Assembly: GCA_020441905.1 (NCBI GenBank)
Contig: JAGRLG010000029.1
Span: forward strand, 16,922-80,921
Length of the DNA: 64,000 nt
Origin: Rhodobiaceae bacterium
GTDB lineage: Bacteria > Pseudomonadota > Alphaproteobacteria > Rhizobiales > NORP267
Reading direction: 5' to 3'
The stretch's first letter is position 1. The number at the start of each line of letters is the position of its first letter. The translations under genes and the position numbers were made by a program. Shown in pieces: positions 10,132-27,563 of this stretch. The notes under the pieces are model-generated. The model saw only the letters and a program-made list of their open reading frames with translations, did no database searches and had not been told where the DNA came from.

Positions 10132-11418
10132 ATGATCTGGTTCGAGGTCGACGACGTCGTTCGCTATTTTCTGACTGCCCGCCAGCCCACCGGCATCCAG
10201 CGCGTCGTCAGTGAAATCCTCGCGGCCGGAATCGGCGAGGCCGGTGAATTGCGCGGCCGCTTCGCCCTGTGCCGCTTCCGCGCCAGCAATGGCCGCCTCG
10301 AACCCATCCCGGCGGCCGAATTCGCCCGCATTTCAGCCGGGGCAAGGCGCGCGCTGCGCACCGGCAGCCGCGCCAGCGCCTGGCAGCGCGCCCATGCCCT
10401 GCTGCACCACGGCGTCTTTGTCGCCGCCAACGTTCTCCGCGCCCGCCTTCGCGATCTGTTCGCCAGCCGCGGCCGCGACCGCGCATTCGCCCGCCTCGTC
10501 CAGCCCGGCGATATTCTGGTCAGCCTGGGCGCCACCTGGGGCCACCGCAATTTCGCCGAACGGCTGAAAGAGGCCAAGACCCGCTACGGGCTGCGCTACG
10601 CCATGATGGTTCACGACATCATTCCCGCCTCGAACCCGGAATTGTGTTCGCCCGCCCATGTCGCCAATTTTACCGGGTGGCTGGCGGCCACGGCGCGCGA
10701 AACAGACCTCTTCTTCACCCCCTCTAAATTCAGCGCCGCCACCCTGAGTGCCTATTCCAGGGCGAAGGGCTGGCCCGGCAAGCCGGTGTTTCCGGTTCGC
10801 TTCGGCACTGGATTTCGCAGCCAGCCCGCCGGCCCCACGCCGCTACGGCTCGAAATCACCGAGCCTTTCGTACTCAAGGTATCGACCATTGAGATCCGCA
10901 AGAACCACCGCCTGCTTGTCGATGTCTGGCGCCGGCTCATCGAGCGCCATGGCAAGGACGCGGTGCCCCCGCTCGTGCTTGTCGGCCGCGTCGGCTGGCA
11001 GGTGGACGACGTGATGAAGGATCTTGCGGCCAGCGACTACCTGGGCGGCAAGGTCATCATTTTCTCTTCGGTTTCCGACGAGATGCTGGCCGCCTATTAC
11101 CGCGCCTGCCTGTTCACGGTCTTTCCCAGCATGGCCGAGGGCTGGGGGCTGCCGGTGGAGGAGTCCTTCGCCCATGGCAAATACTGCATCTGTTCCAGCG
11201 CCAGTTCGGTGCCAGAGGTCGGCGGCGATTTCGCCGACTATTTCGACCCCGCCGATTTCGGCCAGGCCTATGACCTGATCGAGCGCGCCATTTTCGAGCC
11301 CGGCTTCGTCAAATCCCGCGAGGAACGGCTGCGCGCCGGTTTCAAGCCGGAAAAATGGGCCGACACCTTCCGCTCCATCGTCGCCATTCTCGATACCGAA
11401 CTGGCGCGCAAGGACTAG
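10132..11418 (+). CDS. Glycosyltransferase, GT-B fold (family 1/4)
   Basis: C-terminal 'FPSMAEGWGLPVEESFAHGKYCICSSASSVPEVGGDFADYFDP' is the GT1/GT4 EX7E region. I chose the start at ATG 10132 ('MIWFEVDDV'); the track ORF begins at an upstream TTG (10051). Confidence 0.8.
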   Translation: MIWFEVDDVVRYFLTARQPTGIQRVVSEILAAGIGEAGELRGRFALCRFRASNGRLEPIPAAEFARISAGARRALRTGSRASAWQRAHALLHHGVFVAANVLRARLRDLFASRGRDRAFARLVQPGDILVSLGATWGHRNFAERLKEAKTRYGLRYAMMVHDIIPASNPELCSPAHVANFTGWLAATARETDLFFTPSKFSAATLSAYSRAKGWPGKPVFPVRFGTGFRSQPAGPTPLRLEITEPFVLKVSTIEIRKNHRLLVDVWRRLIERHGKDAVPPLVLVGRVGWQVDDVMKDLAASDYLGGKVIIFSSVSDEMLAAYYRACLFTVFPSMAEGWGLPVEESFAHGKYCICSSASSVPEVGGDFADYFDPADFGQAYDLIERAIFEPGFVKSREERLRAGFKPEKWADTFRSIVAILDTELARKD

Positions 11419-11420
11419 GC

Positions 11421-12728
11421 TCAGGCGAAACCGACCGACCGCATCGGCACACCGACGACGCCAAAGCCCACCGGGCTGCGGGCAACCCGGACATGCACCG
11501 CATTCTCCATCCAGTGCAGATGGATATGATCGGCCTGGGTGCCCTCGATGATCGAGGGCGCGAGGTAATAGTCGCCCGCGGGCAGATAGGGGAACTGAAA
11601 GCGGAACCTGGCGGCGAAGCGCTCGCCCGCCGCCATGGCCGGCGGATTTGAATAGGTCGAAAGGAAGGAATTGTCGCCGAACAGGTTCTGGCCGAAGGCA
11701 TCGCGGAACATGAAACCGATGATCGGACGGCGCACTTCCCGGCTGGCCTCGCAGGTGATCCACAGCTCAACCTCCTCGCCGCCTTCGAGCCGCTCGATGA
11801 CGCGCCCGTCCGGCGTGCGGTACCCGGCGTCGATCACCCGGGCGCCGCCATGGCCATGCCATGGCGCGTCGGGGCGGAACGGGCTGACGGTGATTTCGGA
11901 TTTCCCAGCCCAGCGCGGGTCGCGAAAGCTTTGCGGCACTGGCAAGGCCCTGGCCGCGGCGCGGGCCGCCGCCCGGTCGGTGATCGGCGCGTCCCCCAGC
12001 CCCGCCATGGCCAGCTGGTAGACCTCGTTGACTTCCTCGCTCGGCCCCTCCGCCCGCACCGCGCCATGGTCGAGCCAGATCGAGCGCTCGCACACCGAAA
12101 GCACCGCCAGCGAGGAGTGGGAGACGAACAGCAGGGCACCGCCGGCCTCGCGAAACTGGCGCATCCGCGCCATGCACTTGCGCTGGAAGGCGGCGTCGCC
12201 GACGGCGAGAATTTCATCGACCACGAGCAGATCGGCATCGACATGCGTGGCAACGGCGAAAGCGAGGCGGGCGAACATGCCGGAGGAATATTCCCGCACC
12301 GGGCGGTCGAAATAGTCGCCGATGCCGGCAAAGTCGGCGATTGCCGGCAGCCGCGCCTGGATTTCCTTTTCCTTCAGCCCGTGCACGGCCGCATTCATCA
12401 CCGCGTTTTCGCGCCCCGTGAAATCGGGGCTGAACCCGGCCCCCAGCTCCAGCAGCCCGGCGACCCGGCCATTGACGTCGACATAGCCCGAATTCGGCTT
12501 CACCGTGCGGCACAGGATCTGCAGCAGGGTCGACTTGCCCGACCCGTTGCGGCCGATGACTCCCACCGCCTCGCCGCGCGAAACCGAAATGTTCATCGGC
12601 TCCAGCGCCCAGAAGCGCTCGCCGTGGCTGGTTCCCAGAATGAGGTTGGCGGCGTGTTGCGGGATCGAGCAGCCGCGGTAATAGAACTTGCCGATCGCGG
12701 TTCCGGTTATGAGCGGCCGGCTGCTCAT
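11421..12728 (-). CDS. Polysaccharide/glycolipid ABC exporter ATP-binding protein, Wzt-like paralog 2, with C-terminal substrate-binding-type domain
   Basis: Walker A 'GRNGSGKSTLLQ', signature 'YSSGMFARLAF', Walker B 'LLVVDEILAVGD'. The C-terminal extension of about 190 aa is beta-rich, as in Wzt_C. The ATG at 12728 overlaps the upstream stop (ATGA). Confidence 0.85.
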   Translation of the reverse strand: MSSRPLITGTAIGKFYYRGCSIPQHAANLILGTSHGERFWALEPMNISVSRGEAVGVIGRNGSGKSTLLQILCRTVKPNSGYVDVNGRVAGLLELGAGFSPDFTGRENAVMNAAVHGLKEKEIQARLPAIADFAGIGDYFDRPVREYSSGMFARLAFAVATHVDADLLVVDEILAVGDAAFQRKCMARMRQFREAGGALLFVSHSSLAVLSVCERSIWLDHGAVRAEGPSEEVNEVYQLAMAGLGDAPITDRAAARAAARALPVPQSFRDPRWAGKSEITVSPFRPDAPWHGHGGARVIDAGYRTPDGRVIERLEGGEEVELWITCEASREVRRPIIGFMFRDAFGQNLFGDNSFLSTYSNPPAMAAGERFAARFRFQFPYLPAGDYYLAPSIIEGTQADHIHLHWMENAVHVRVARSPVGFGVVGVPMRSVGFA

Positions 12729-14038
12729 GATACCGCCGCGCCCAGCCGCTGGACGGAAACTTCGCGCATGGCGATATTCGCCAGCCCATAGGAGATATGC
12801 GCCGTCGATACCGTCAGGACAAAGGGTTTGGGCGCCCGCGCCACCAGCGCGTCCCCGTCCCCGCCCTGCTCCAGCAGCAACGCCTCGACGACATAGTCGT
12901 TGGAGGGCAGGAACGGCAGGGTGAAGACGAACCGCGCATCGCGCTCTTCGCCGGCCGCCATTGCCGCCGGCGCTTCGTCGCCGCCGGGCGTACGGTCGCC
13001 AAACAGCACTTGCGCGAACTTGTCGCGCACCAGGAAACACACTGAGGGCCGCGTCAGCGCCCGCGCGGCGCGGCAGGTGATACGGATTTCCACCTCCTGG
13101 CCGCCATGGGCCGGCGCCATCGGCCGCCCCTGGCCATCGACCACCTTTATGGCGGCAATCTCGCCGCCGCCGGACGGCGCCGCGAAACCGTCCGGATCGA
13201 AGCGGCCCGGCGCCGGCGCCAGCAGGTCGGCGCGGCGCAGGCAGCCGTCCACCGGGCCCTCGTCGTCATCGATGCCGCCAATGGAGAAGCTGTCGCCGTC
13301 ACCCGCCAGTTTCGACATCGCGGCATGATAGAGACGGCAGACGCGGGGCGTGCGCCCCTCGGCCTCGATGCGGCCCTGGTCGAGCCAGATCGCCCGGTTG
13401 CACAGCGCCCGCACCGCCGAATCGTCGTGGGAAACGAACAGCAGCGTACCGCCGCGTTCGCAAAAGCGGCGCAGATAGCGCAGGCACTTCTGCTGGAACG
13501 CCATGTCGCCGACGGCGAGGATCTCGTCCACCACCAGAATGTCGGTGTCGACATGGATGGCCACCGAGAAGGCCAGGCGGGCGAACATGCCGGAGGAATA
13601 TTCGCGGATCGGCTGGTCGATGAAGCTGCCGATGCCGGCAAAAGCCTCGATGGCCGCCATGCGCTCTTCGAATTGATGGTCCGAAAGCCCAAGAATGGTG
13701 GCGGCGAAACGGGCATTCTCGCGCCCCGTGAAATCAGGATGAAATCCCGCGCCCAGTTCCAGCAGGGCCGCCACCCGCCCGTGAACCTGAACGCTGCCGC
13801 AACTTGCCGCCAGGGTGCCGCAGATCAATTGCAGCAGGGTCGATTTTCCCGAGCCGTTGCGCCCGACGATACCGACCGCTTCGCCGCGCCGGATTTCTAT
13901 ATCGACGTCGCGCAGTGCCCATTTCGGCTCGCCGCGCCGGGTGCCGAAGAACAGGTCGGCGACGCGGTCCGCCTCGTTCTCGTAGCGGCCATAGGCCTTG
14001 CCGAGGCCGCGCGTCGATATGAGGACGTCAGACGACAT
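12725..14038 (-). CDS. Polysaccharide/glycolipid ABC exporter ATP-binding protein, Wzt-like paralog 1, with C-terminal substrate-binding-type domain
   Basis: Walker A 'GRNGSGKSTLLQ', 'YSSGMFARLAF', 'ILVVDEILAVGD'. Its C-terminal domain of about 190 aa is clearly diverged from that of paralog 2. The ATG at 14038 overlaps the end of wzm; the track ORF starts at TTG 14044. Confidence 0.85.
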   Translation of the reverse strand: MSSDVLISTRGLGKAYGRYENEADRVADLFFGTRRGEPKWALRDVDIEIRRGEAVGIVGRNGSGKSTLLQLICGTLAASCGSVQVHGRVAALLELGAGFHPDFTGRENARFAATILGLSDHQFEERMAAIEAFAGIGSFIDQPIREYSSGMFARLAFSVAIHVDTDILVVDEILAVGDMAFQQKCLRYLRRFCERGGTLLFVSHDDSAVRALCNRAIWLDQGRIEAEGRTPRVCRLYHAAMSKLAGDGDSFSIGGIDDDEGPVDGCLRRADLLAPAPGRFDPDGFAAPSGGGEIAAIKVVDGQGRPMAPAHGGQEVEIRITCRAARALTRPSVCFLVRDKFAQVLFGDRTPGGDEAPAAMAAGEERDARFVFTLPFLPSNDYVVEALLLEQGGDGDALVARAPKPFVLTVSTAHISYGLANIAMREVSVQRLGAAVS

Positions 14039-14894
14039 CGGCAAATCCGGGCCTCAGGCGCATGAAGATGCCATGGCCGGCAGCCGCCCACAGCCATCCC
14101 GCCGCCAGATAGACCGCCATCCCGGCAAGGCCCGGCCAGTCGCCGAAAAACAGCGCGTTGCGCATCGACTCCAGGGGAAAGGTCAGCGGGTTGAACATCA
14201 GCACGGCGCGAAGCCCTTCCGGCACCGCCGACAGCGGATAGAACACCGGGCTCAGGAACATGAACAGCATCGTCACCAGCCCGATGAGATGGGCGATGTC
14301 GCGGATGAACACGGAAACCGCGCTGAGGATCCAGGCAAAGCCGAGGGTGAACAGGGCAAGGCCGAAAAACAGCACCGGATAGGTGATGACCGCCAGCGGC
14401 GGCAGGCCGACGATCGGCAGGTAGAAGACGGCAAGAATGGCAAGCCCGATGCCGAAACGGAAAATCGCCGATCCGACGATGGCGAAAGCGAAGATCTCGA
14501 CAGGAAAGAAGATCTTCTTGATGAAGGCCTGGTTTTCGCGCATCAGCGTCGGCGCCCGCGCTACCGAGTCGAAGAAGAAGTTGAAGACGATCAGCCCGGA
14601 AAAATAGATCACCGGAAACAGGAATGGCTCGTCGGTGCGGTCCTGCCAGCGCGAATTGAGAATGACGCCGAAGACAAAGGTATAGATGGCGAGCATGAAG
14701 AGCGGCGCGATCACCGCCCACACCTTGCCCAGCACGGTGCCGCGAAACCGCGATTCGATGTCGCGCTGCACGAGCCGGCGGATGAGGTCGTGATTGCGCA
14801 TCGCGATCGTGTAGGGCGCCGCGACAAAACCCAGCAGGCTGAATTCGCGGCGCGGCGGCACGATTGCACGCGATTCACTGGTCGATTTGTTCAA
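14028..14894 (-). CDS. ABC-2 type exporter permease (Wzm/KpsM/TagG family)
   Basis: 288 aa. 'LVQRDIESRFRGTVLGKVWAVIAPLFML' is the ABC-2 N-terminal signature, followed by six hydrophobic helices. The TTG start at 14894 overlaps the AOS stop by 20 nt; an alternative ATG lies at 14801. Confidence 0.85.
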   Translation of the reverse strand: MNKSTSESRAIVPPRREFSLLGFVAAPYTIAMRNHDLIRRLVQRDIESRFRGTVLGKVWAVIAPLFMLAIYTFVFGVILNSRWQDRTDEPFLFPVIYFSGLIVFNFFFDSVARAPTLMRENQAFIKKIFFPVEIFAFAIVGSAIFRFGIGLAILAVFYLPIVGLPPLAVITYPVLFFGLALFTLGFAWILSAVSVFIRDIAHLIGLVTMLFMFLSPVFYPLSAVPEGLRAVLMFNPLTFPLESMRNALFFGDWPGLAGMAVYLAAGWLWAAAGHGIFMRLRPGFADVV

Positions 14895-16225
14895 GGCAGT
14901 TCCCGATGGCGTTGATGGTGCGGCGAATATCGTCTTCGCTATGGGTGCTGGAGATGAAGAACCGGAGCCGGGCCTTGTTTTCCGGCACCGCCGGATAGCC
15001 GATCGGCAGCGCCAGGAAGCCTTGTCCCAGCAGGGCTTTCGACAGGCGCACCGCCCGGTCCGTGGCCCCGGTCATGATCGGGATGACGGCACTGTCGCGG
15101 CTGGCCCCGGTATCTAGGCCCCGCGCCTTGGCCAGATCCAGGAACAGGCGCGCCCGCGCCTTGAGGCACGCCACCCGCTGCGGCTCCGCTTCCAGCACGC
15201 CAAGGGCGGCCAGCGCCGCCGCCGTGTCCGGCGGCGAAAGCCCGACCGAGTAGACGAAACCGGGGGCGGTCCGCTTCAGATAGGCCACCACCTCGCGCGT
15301 GCCGGCGATATAGCCGCCGCAACTGGCCAGTGCCTTGCTCAAGGTGCCCATCCACAGATCGACATCGCTTCCCGCGACGCCGTGATATTCGCCTATTCCG
15401 CGCCCCGTGCCGCCCAGCACGCCGATCGAATGGGCTTCGTCGACCAACACCAGGGCGTTGTGCCGGCGCTTGATTTCGACCAGGCGCGGCAGGTCGGGAA
15501 TATCGCCGTCCATCGAATAGACACCCTCGACCGCGATCAACGCCTGACGATACGCGCCGCGGCGGCGGGCAAGGATATTCTCCAGCGCCGCCAGGTTGTT
15601 ATGGGGGAACGGCAGCACCGTGGCGCCGGAAAGCTTCGCCCCCTGCTGGATGCTGGCATGGATCAGCGAGTCATAGACGATCAGGTCTTCAGGGCCGAGC
15701 AGATGGCCGATGGCGTTCTCGTTGGTCGAAAAGCCGCCGACAAAGACAACCGCGTCCTCGGCGCCGACCAGCGCCGCGAGCCGGCCTTCAAGCTGGCGAT
15801 GGATCGGCCGCTCGCCCGAGACCAGGCGCGAGGCCGAAACCGAGGTGCCGTAGCGCTCGATGGCCGCGCTGGCCGCGCGCGAAACCTCGTCATGGCCCGA
15901 CAGGCCGAGATAATTGTAGCTGCAGAAATTGACCAGCTCGCGCCCCGACACCATGGCCCGGCTGGCATTCACCCCCTCGCAGAGCTGAAAGAACAGATCG
16001 GCGGCGCCGCCGTCGTCGCTATCCTCGAAGGCGCGGGCGAACCCGGCATATTCGGCCGGAAAGACGAAACCGCCGCGCCCCGCCGCGCGCGCCTCCGCGC
16101 CCGCCGCCAAGGCCGCCCCGGCATTGGGCGCCGCCCCGGCACTGGGCGCCGCCTTTTCGCGCAGCATCTCCTCCAGCAGGGCCCTTTTCTGCGCCGCAGA
16201 CAGGGCCGCGATCCTGTCCGCCCCC

Positions 16226-16233
<8 letters not shown>
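14875..16233 (-). CDS. Alpha-oxoamine synthase (PLP-dependent acyl-(ACP/CoA) : amino acid C-acyltransferase, SPT/BioF/KBL family)
   Basis: 452 aa from ATG 16233. 'VDEAHSIGVLGGTGRGIGE' and the PLP-lysine motif 'GTLSKALASCGGYIAG' are present. There is an N-terminal extension of about 90 aa with the helix 'LSAAQKRALLEEMLREK'. The start overlaps the PKS stop by 8 nt. Confidence 0.85.
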
Positions 16234-23995
<7,762 letters not shown>

Positions 23996-24119
23996 TTTCG
24001 CGCCGCGCCGGTCACGCGGAGGCGGCGGGGCAGCAATTTCCCGGTCCCCATATGCGCATTTTTCAGCACTCGATCAAGAACTGTAGCCGTCATCGCGCCG
24101 CCCGCGAAAGGTCTTTGTA

Positions 24120-25331
24120 TCACTTCGCCAGCAGTTGGCGATAGGTCAGCAGGTGCCGAGCCGTAACCTCGGGCCATGACAGGCCGGGCACGGCGGCGCG
24201 GCATCCTTCGGCGAGCCGGCGCCGCAAGTCCGGCTCGCGGCCATAGCGCGCCAGGGCGGCGGCGAAGGCCCGGTCGCCGTCCGCCAGCAGGCAATCCGCG
24301 CCCTCGGTGAGAAAGTCGCGCAACCCCGCCTCGCGCATGCCCAGAACCGGCACCCCGGCGCAGCGCGCCTCCAGCGCCGCGATGCCGAAGGATTCCAGCC
24401 GCGAGGGCAATAGGAAAAGGTCGGCGCGGGAGAGGGCGGCGCGGATTTCCTCGCGCCCGAGCCGGCCGAGGAACTCTGCGTCCGGTCCAAGGCCAAGCCT
24501 GCCCGCCTGTCTTTCCAGCGCGGCGCGCAGCGGCCCCTCGCCGATGATGCGCAGGCGCAGCCTCTGGCCCTGCGGCAGTTCCCGGCGGGCCTGGGCCACG
24601 GCTCGCAGCAGGGCCTGGGGCCGCTTGCGCGGATGAAGACGCATCACTGCCAGCAGCTCGATCGCCCCTTCTCCGCCGGCCCCGGCCCCGCCGGCATCGT
24701 TGCCCGCCCGCATGGCCCGCGCCGCGCCCCACCAGTCGGCATCGATGCCGTTGGGCAGGATTTCGACCGGTGCCGCGCCCAGCAGAGGGCGCAGCGAGCG
24801 GGCAACGACGCTGCTCACGGCGCTGTGGCGCACCGGCCAGCGGGCGCAGCCGAGCATCCGCCCCAGCGCCGCCGCCAGCGGAATCTGGACATGGCCGATC
24901 ATGGAGTGGAAGGTCGTCAGCACCGGCAGCCCCAGCCGCACCGCTTCGCGCGTCGCCGCATAGGCGAGCGGCGCATTGCCGAAGTGAACATGGACCAGAT
25001 CATAGCGGCCGGCGCGCAACTGCTCGCGCAGGCGCGCGTGAGCCGATTTCCGGTGCGGGCTGGCGAAGCACTCGAGAAAGAAGAAGAGATCGCGCGCGCT
25101 GTTGGCGTGCGGCGGCGGCGGGAAGCGGTAGCCGCCATCGGCGCGCCCCGCCGCGCACAGCCGCCGCACCACCACCCCTTCCACCTCGCCGGGGCCGGGC
25201 ACCGGCGTCAGCACTTCAAGATCCACGCCTTCCGCTTTGAGGTGCACGGTCAGGTCGCGCAGATGCAGCTCGATGCCGCCAAAGCGGGGCAGGTACCAGT
25301 CCGATACCAGGGCAACGCGCGGCGCCGTCAT
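24120..25331 (-). CDS. Glycosyltransferase family 4 (GT-B; PimB/MshA-like N-terminus)
   Basis: 403 aa. N-terminus 'VALVSDWYLPRFGGIELHLRDL' and C-terminus 'LLPSRLESFGIAALEARCAGVPVLGMREAG' (EX7E region). It ends 124 nt upstream of the PKS start. Confidence 0.8.
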   Translation of the reverse strand: MTAPRVALVSDWYLPRFGGIELHLRDLTVHLKAEGVDLEVLTPVPGPGEVEGVVVRRLCAAGRADGGYRFPPPPHANSARDLFFFLECFASPHRKSAHARLREQLRAGRYDLVHVHFGNAPLAYAATREAVRLGLPVLTTFHSMIGHVQIPLAAALGRMLGCARWPVRHSAVSSVVARSLRPLLGAAPVEILPNGIDADWWGAARAMRAGNDAGGAGAGGEGAIELLAVMRLHPRKRPQALLRAVAQARRELPQGQRLRLRIIGEGPLRAALERQAGRLGLGPDAEFLGRLGREEIRAALSRADLFLLPSRLESFGIAALEARCAGVPVLGMREAGLRDFLTEGADCLLADGDRAFAAALARYGREPDLRRRLAEGCRAAVPGLSWPEVTARHLLTYRQLLAK

Positions 25332-25361
25332 CGCCGCGCCGCCCGCCGCCCGGCGCGGGCG

Positions 25362-26333
25362 CTACCACCAGTCGGCAAAGGCATGGATCGCCACCCGGTC
25401 ATTATGGCCCGAAGCGTTGAGGCCGAAGGTCAGCGCCGCCAGCCTGGAGGTGTGCCGCGGGATCGGCAGGCCCGGCGCCGGCACCACCAGCCGCGGCACC
25501 TTGCGCCGCGCCAGATGCGCCGCCACCCACACATCGTCCACCCAGCGCACCTCGTCCGGCCAGCCGGCGTAATCATGCACCCCCTTGTCCAGCGCGCCGG
25601 GCGGGATCAGGTAGCCCCAGACGCCGAGCAGGATGTCGACCTCGGTGGGCTGCGCCACCGCGCTGCCCCAGACATGCTCGAAATGGCGCGGATCGACGCC
25701 CGGCTCCAGGCGCCAGCCGCGCCAGCCCAGGGCAGCCGCCGGAAAGCTGCGATGCGCCTCGACCAGGGTTTGCAGGAAGTCGTGCGGGTAGATCATGTCG
25801 TCATCGACCGCCACCACCAGCGCCTCCGGTTCGGCGAGAAGCGCCGGCAGCAGCTTGGTCGAGGGGCCGGTGTCGACGCAGCGCAGGATGTCGATGCCCT
25901 TGGGCAGGTCCGCCGGCAGCGCATAGGGCTTGCCGCTGCGCAGCGACTTTTCCGGCAGCGCCAAAATGATGCGGTCGGCGGCGCGGGTCTGTTCCCTGAG
26001 GCTGAGCAGGGTTGGAACCAGGGTGTCGATGCGCTCCGGGATCGTGGTCATCGAGACCACCAGGCGCTCGCCGCCGCGCCCGGCCTGGGGCAGCGCCAGG
26101 GAACGCCCCGCGCGCAGCCGCGCCGCGCGGCGATAATCGGCGGCGATGCGCAGGGCCGACAGCCGCCGGAAGCGGATAAACTGGCTGCGGATCTTGCGCC
26201 AGGCGATATCCCGCCGCGTCAATGCCCGGACTGCACCGCTATCCGCCGTCACGCCGCCTGGCCCCGCCCGCCGATCCCCACCCGCCGATTCATGTCGCCG
26301 ATCCCTCTGGTAAGAGGGCGCAAATGTGGACAA
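25362..26333 (-). CDS. Putative GT-A-fold glycosyltransferase (DDD motif)
   Basis: 323 aa. 'VVSMTTIPERIDTLVPTLLSLREQT' followed by 'VVAVDDDMIYPHDFL' looks like a nucleotide-sugar binding fold plus a DxD motif. A basic amphipathic N-terminus is present. Family assignment is tentative. Confidence 0.5.
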   Translation of the reverse strand: MSTFAPSYQRDRRHESAGGDRRAGPGGVTADSGAVRALTRRDIAWRKIRSQFIRFRRLSALRIAADYRRAARLRAGRSLALPQAGRGGERLVVSMTTIPERIDTLVPTLLSLREQTRAADRIILALPEKSLRSGKPYALPADLPKGIDILRCVDTGPSTKLLPALLAEPEALVVAVDDDMIYPHDFLQTLVEAHRSFPAAALGWRGWRLEPGVDPRHFEHVWGSAVAQPTEVDILLGVWGYLIPPGALDKGVHDYAGWPDEVRWVDDVWVAAHLARRKVPRLVVPAPGLPIPRHTSRLAALTFGLNASGHNDRVAIHAFADWW

Positions 26334-26405
26334 TATGTCGGGCGGCGTCTAGACCCGATGGCCGCGCTAAGCGCAGTCACCCTTGGTGAGTGGGGCACCC
26401 AGATC

Positions 26406-27020
26406 ATGGCCGACCTAGCCGGGCCGGAAACCTTGCGCAACCTCTACCGCCGCCTTCTCGACTCGGCGTCGCGCACCCTTGCCGCCGCCGGCATCCACCC
26501 CGACTGGCTGACCATGGCCTCGCTGCCACCGGCGGTCCTTGCCGGCATCGCCGCCGCCTTCGGCTCGTTCACGATCGCCGCCGTCCTGTTCGCCATCAGC
26601 GGCATCCTCGACCTGCTCGACGGCGCGCTGGCCCGCCACACCGGCCGCGCCACCCGTTTCGGCGCGCTGCTCGATTCAACTCTCGACCGCCTTGCCGATG
26701 CTGCCGTGCCCGCCGGCCTCGTCGTCTTTTATGCGCCGCATGGTGCGCTGGCCGCCCTTCCCGTGCTGACCATCATCGCCGGCTTCCTGATTTCCTATAT
26801 CCGCGCCCGCGCCGAAGGCCTCGACATCGCCCTGCCCCGGCTGTGGATGCGCCGCGAGGACCGTTTCCTGGCGATGACCGCCGGCTTGCTTCTGGCCCCG
26901 CTCGCCGCACCGGCCCTCGGCGTTCCGGCGCCCGTGCTGCTCGCGGTGATGGCCGCCCTTGCCGGACTGGGGTTTGTCGCCGCCTTCCAGGCCCTGCGCG
27001 CCGCGGCGAAGCGCAGCTGA
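26406..27020 (+). CDS. CDP-alcohol phosphatidyltransferase (candidate phosphatidylinositol-phosphate synthase)
   Basis: Signature D-x2-D-G-x2-A-R-x8-G-x3-D-x3-D is readable as 'DLLDGALARHTGRATRFGALLDSTLDRLAD'. About 204 aa with multiple TM helices. An alternative ATG lies at 26358. MIPS and PgpA are its neighbours. Confidence 0.8.
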   Translation: MADLAGPETLRNLYRRLLDSASRTLAAAGIHPDWLTMASLPPAVLAGIAAAFGSFTIAAVLFAISGILDLLDGALARHTGRATRFGALLDSTLDRLADAAVPAGLVVFYAPHGALAALPVLTIIAGFLISYIRARAEGLDIALPRLWMRREDRFLAMTAGLLLAPLAAPALGVPAPVLLAVMAALAGLGFVAAFQALRAAAKRS

Positions 27021-27029
27021 GCGCGGCAG

Positions 27030-27557
27030 CTAGAAAGCCAGCGCCGCTAGATGCAGCGCGGCTATGGCATAGAGCGCCGCCAGGCCGTCATCCAGCATGA
27101 CGCCAAGGCCGCCGCCGACCCTGCGGTCGGCCAGCGAAACCGGCCATGGCTTGAGAATATCGAAGGCGCGAAAGAAGACGAAGGCCAGCGCCGATGCGCC
27201 AAGGCCCGGCAGGGCCGGCGGCGCCAGCACCACCACCAGCGCCATGCCGAAGATCTCGTCGATGACAATGGCGCCGTGGTCATGCACCCCCAGCGCCGCG
27301 CCGGCGCGCGACGCCGCCGCCACGCCGATGGCAAAGACCAGTGCCAGGGCGGGCAATGCCGCGGCCAGCGGCAATTGCGCCAGCGCCAGACCGAGCGCGA
27401 GGCCCGGCAGCGAACCGGCCGTTCCCGGCGCCAGCGGGCTGAGGCCGGTGCCGAGGCCGAGAGCGAGGAAATGCCACGGGCTGTCGATGAGGAAGCGCCA
27501 GCCGGGGCGCGCGCCCAAGATGGCTGCCTTTTCAGCGGGCGGGGAAACGGGTTTCAC
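27030..27557 (-). CDS. pgpA: Phosphatidylglycerophosphatase A family protein (candidate PIP phosphatase)
   Basis: 175 aa. 'WHFLALGLGTGLSPLAPGTAGSL' and 'IVIDEIFGM', 'FRAFDILKPWP' are the PgpA signatures. The GTG start lies 6 nt after the MIPS stop. Confidence 0.8.
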   Translation of the reverse strand: MKPVSPPAEKAAILGARPGWRFLIDSPWHFLALGLGTGLSPLAPGTAGSLPGLALGLALAQLPLAAALPALALVFAIGVAAASRAGAALGVHDHGAIVIDEIFGMALVVVLAPPALPGLGASALAFVFFRAFDILKPWPVSLADRRVGGGLGVMLDDGLAALYAIAALHLAALAF

Positions 27558-27563
27558 GCCGCC

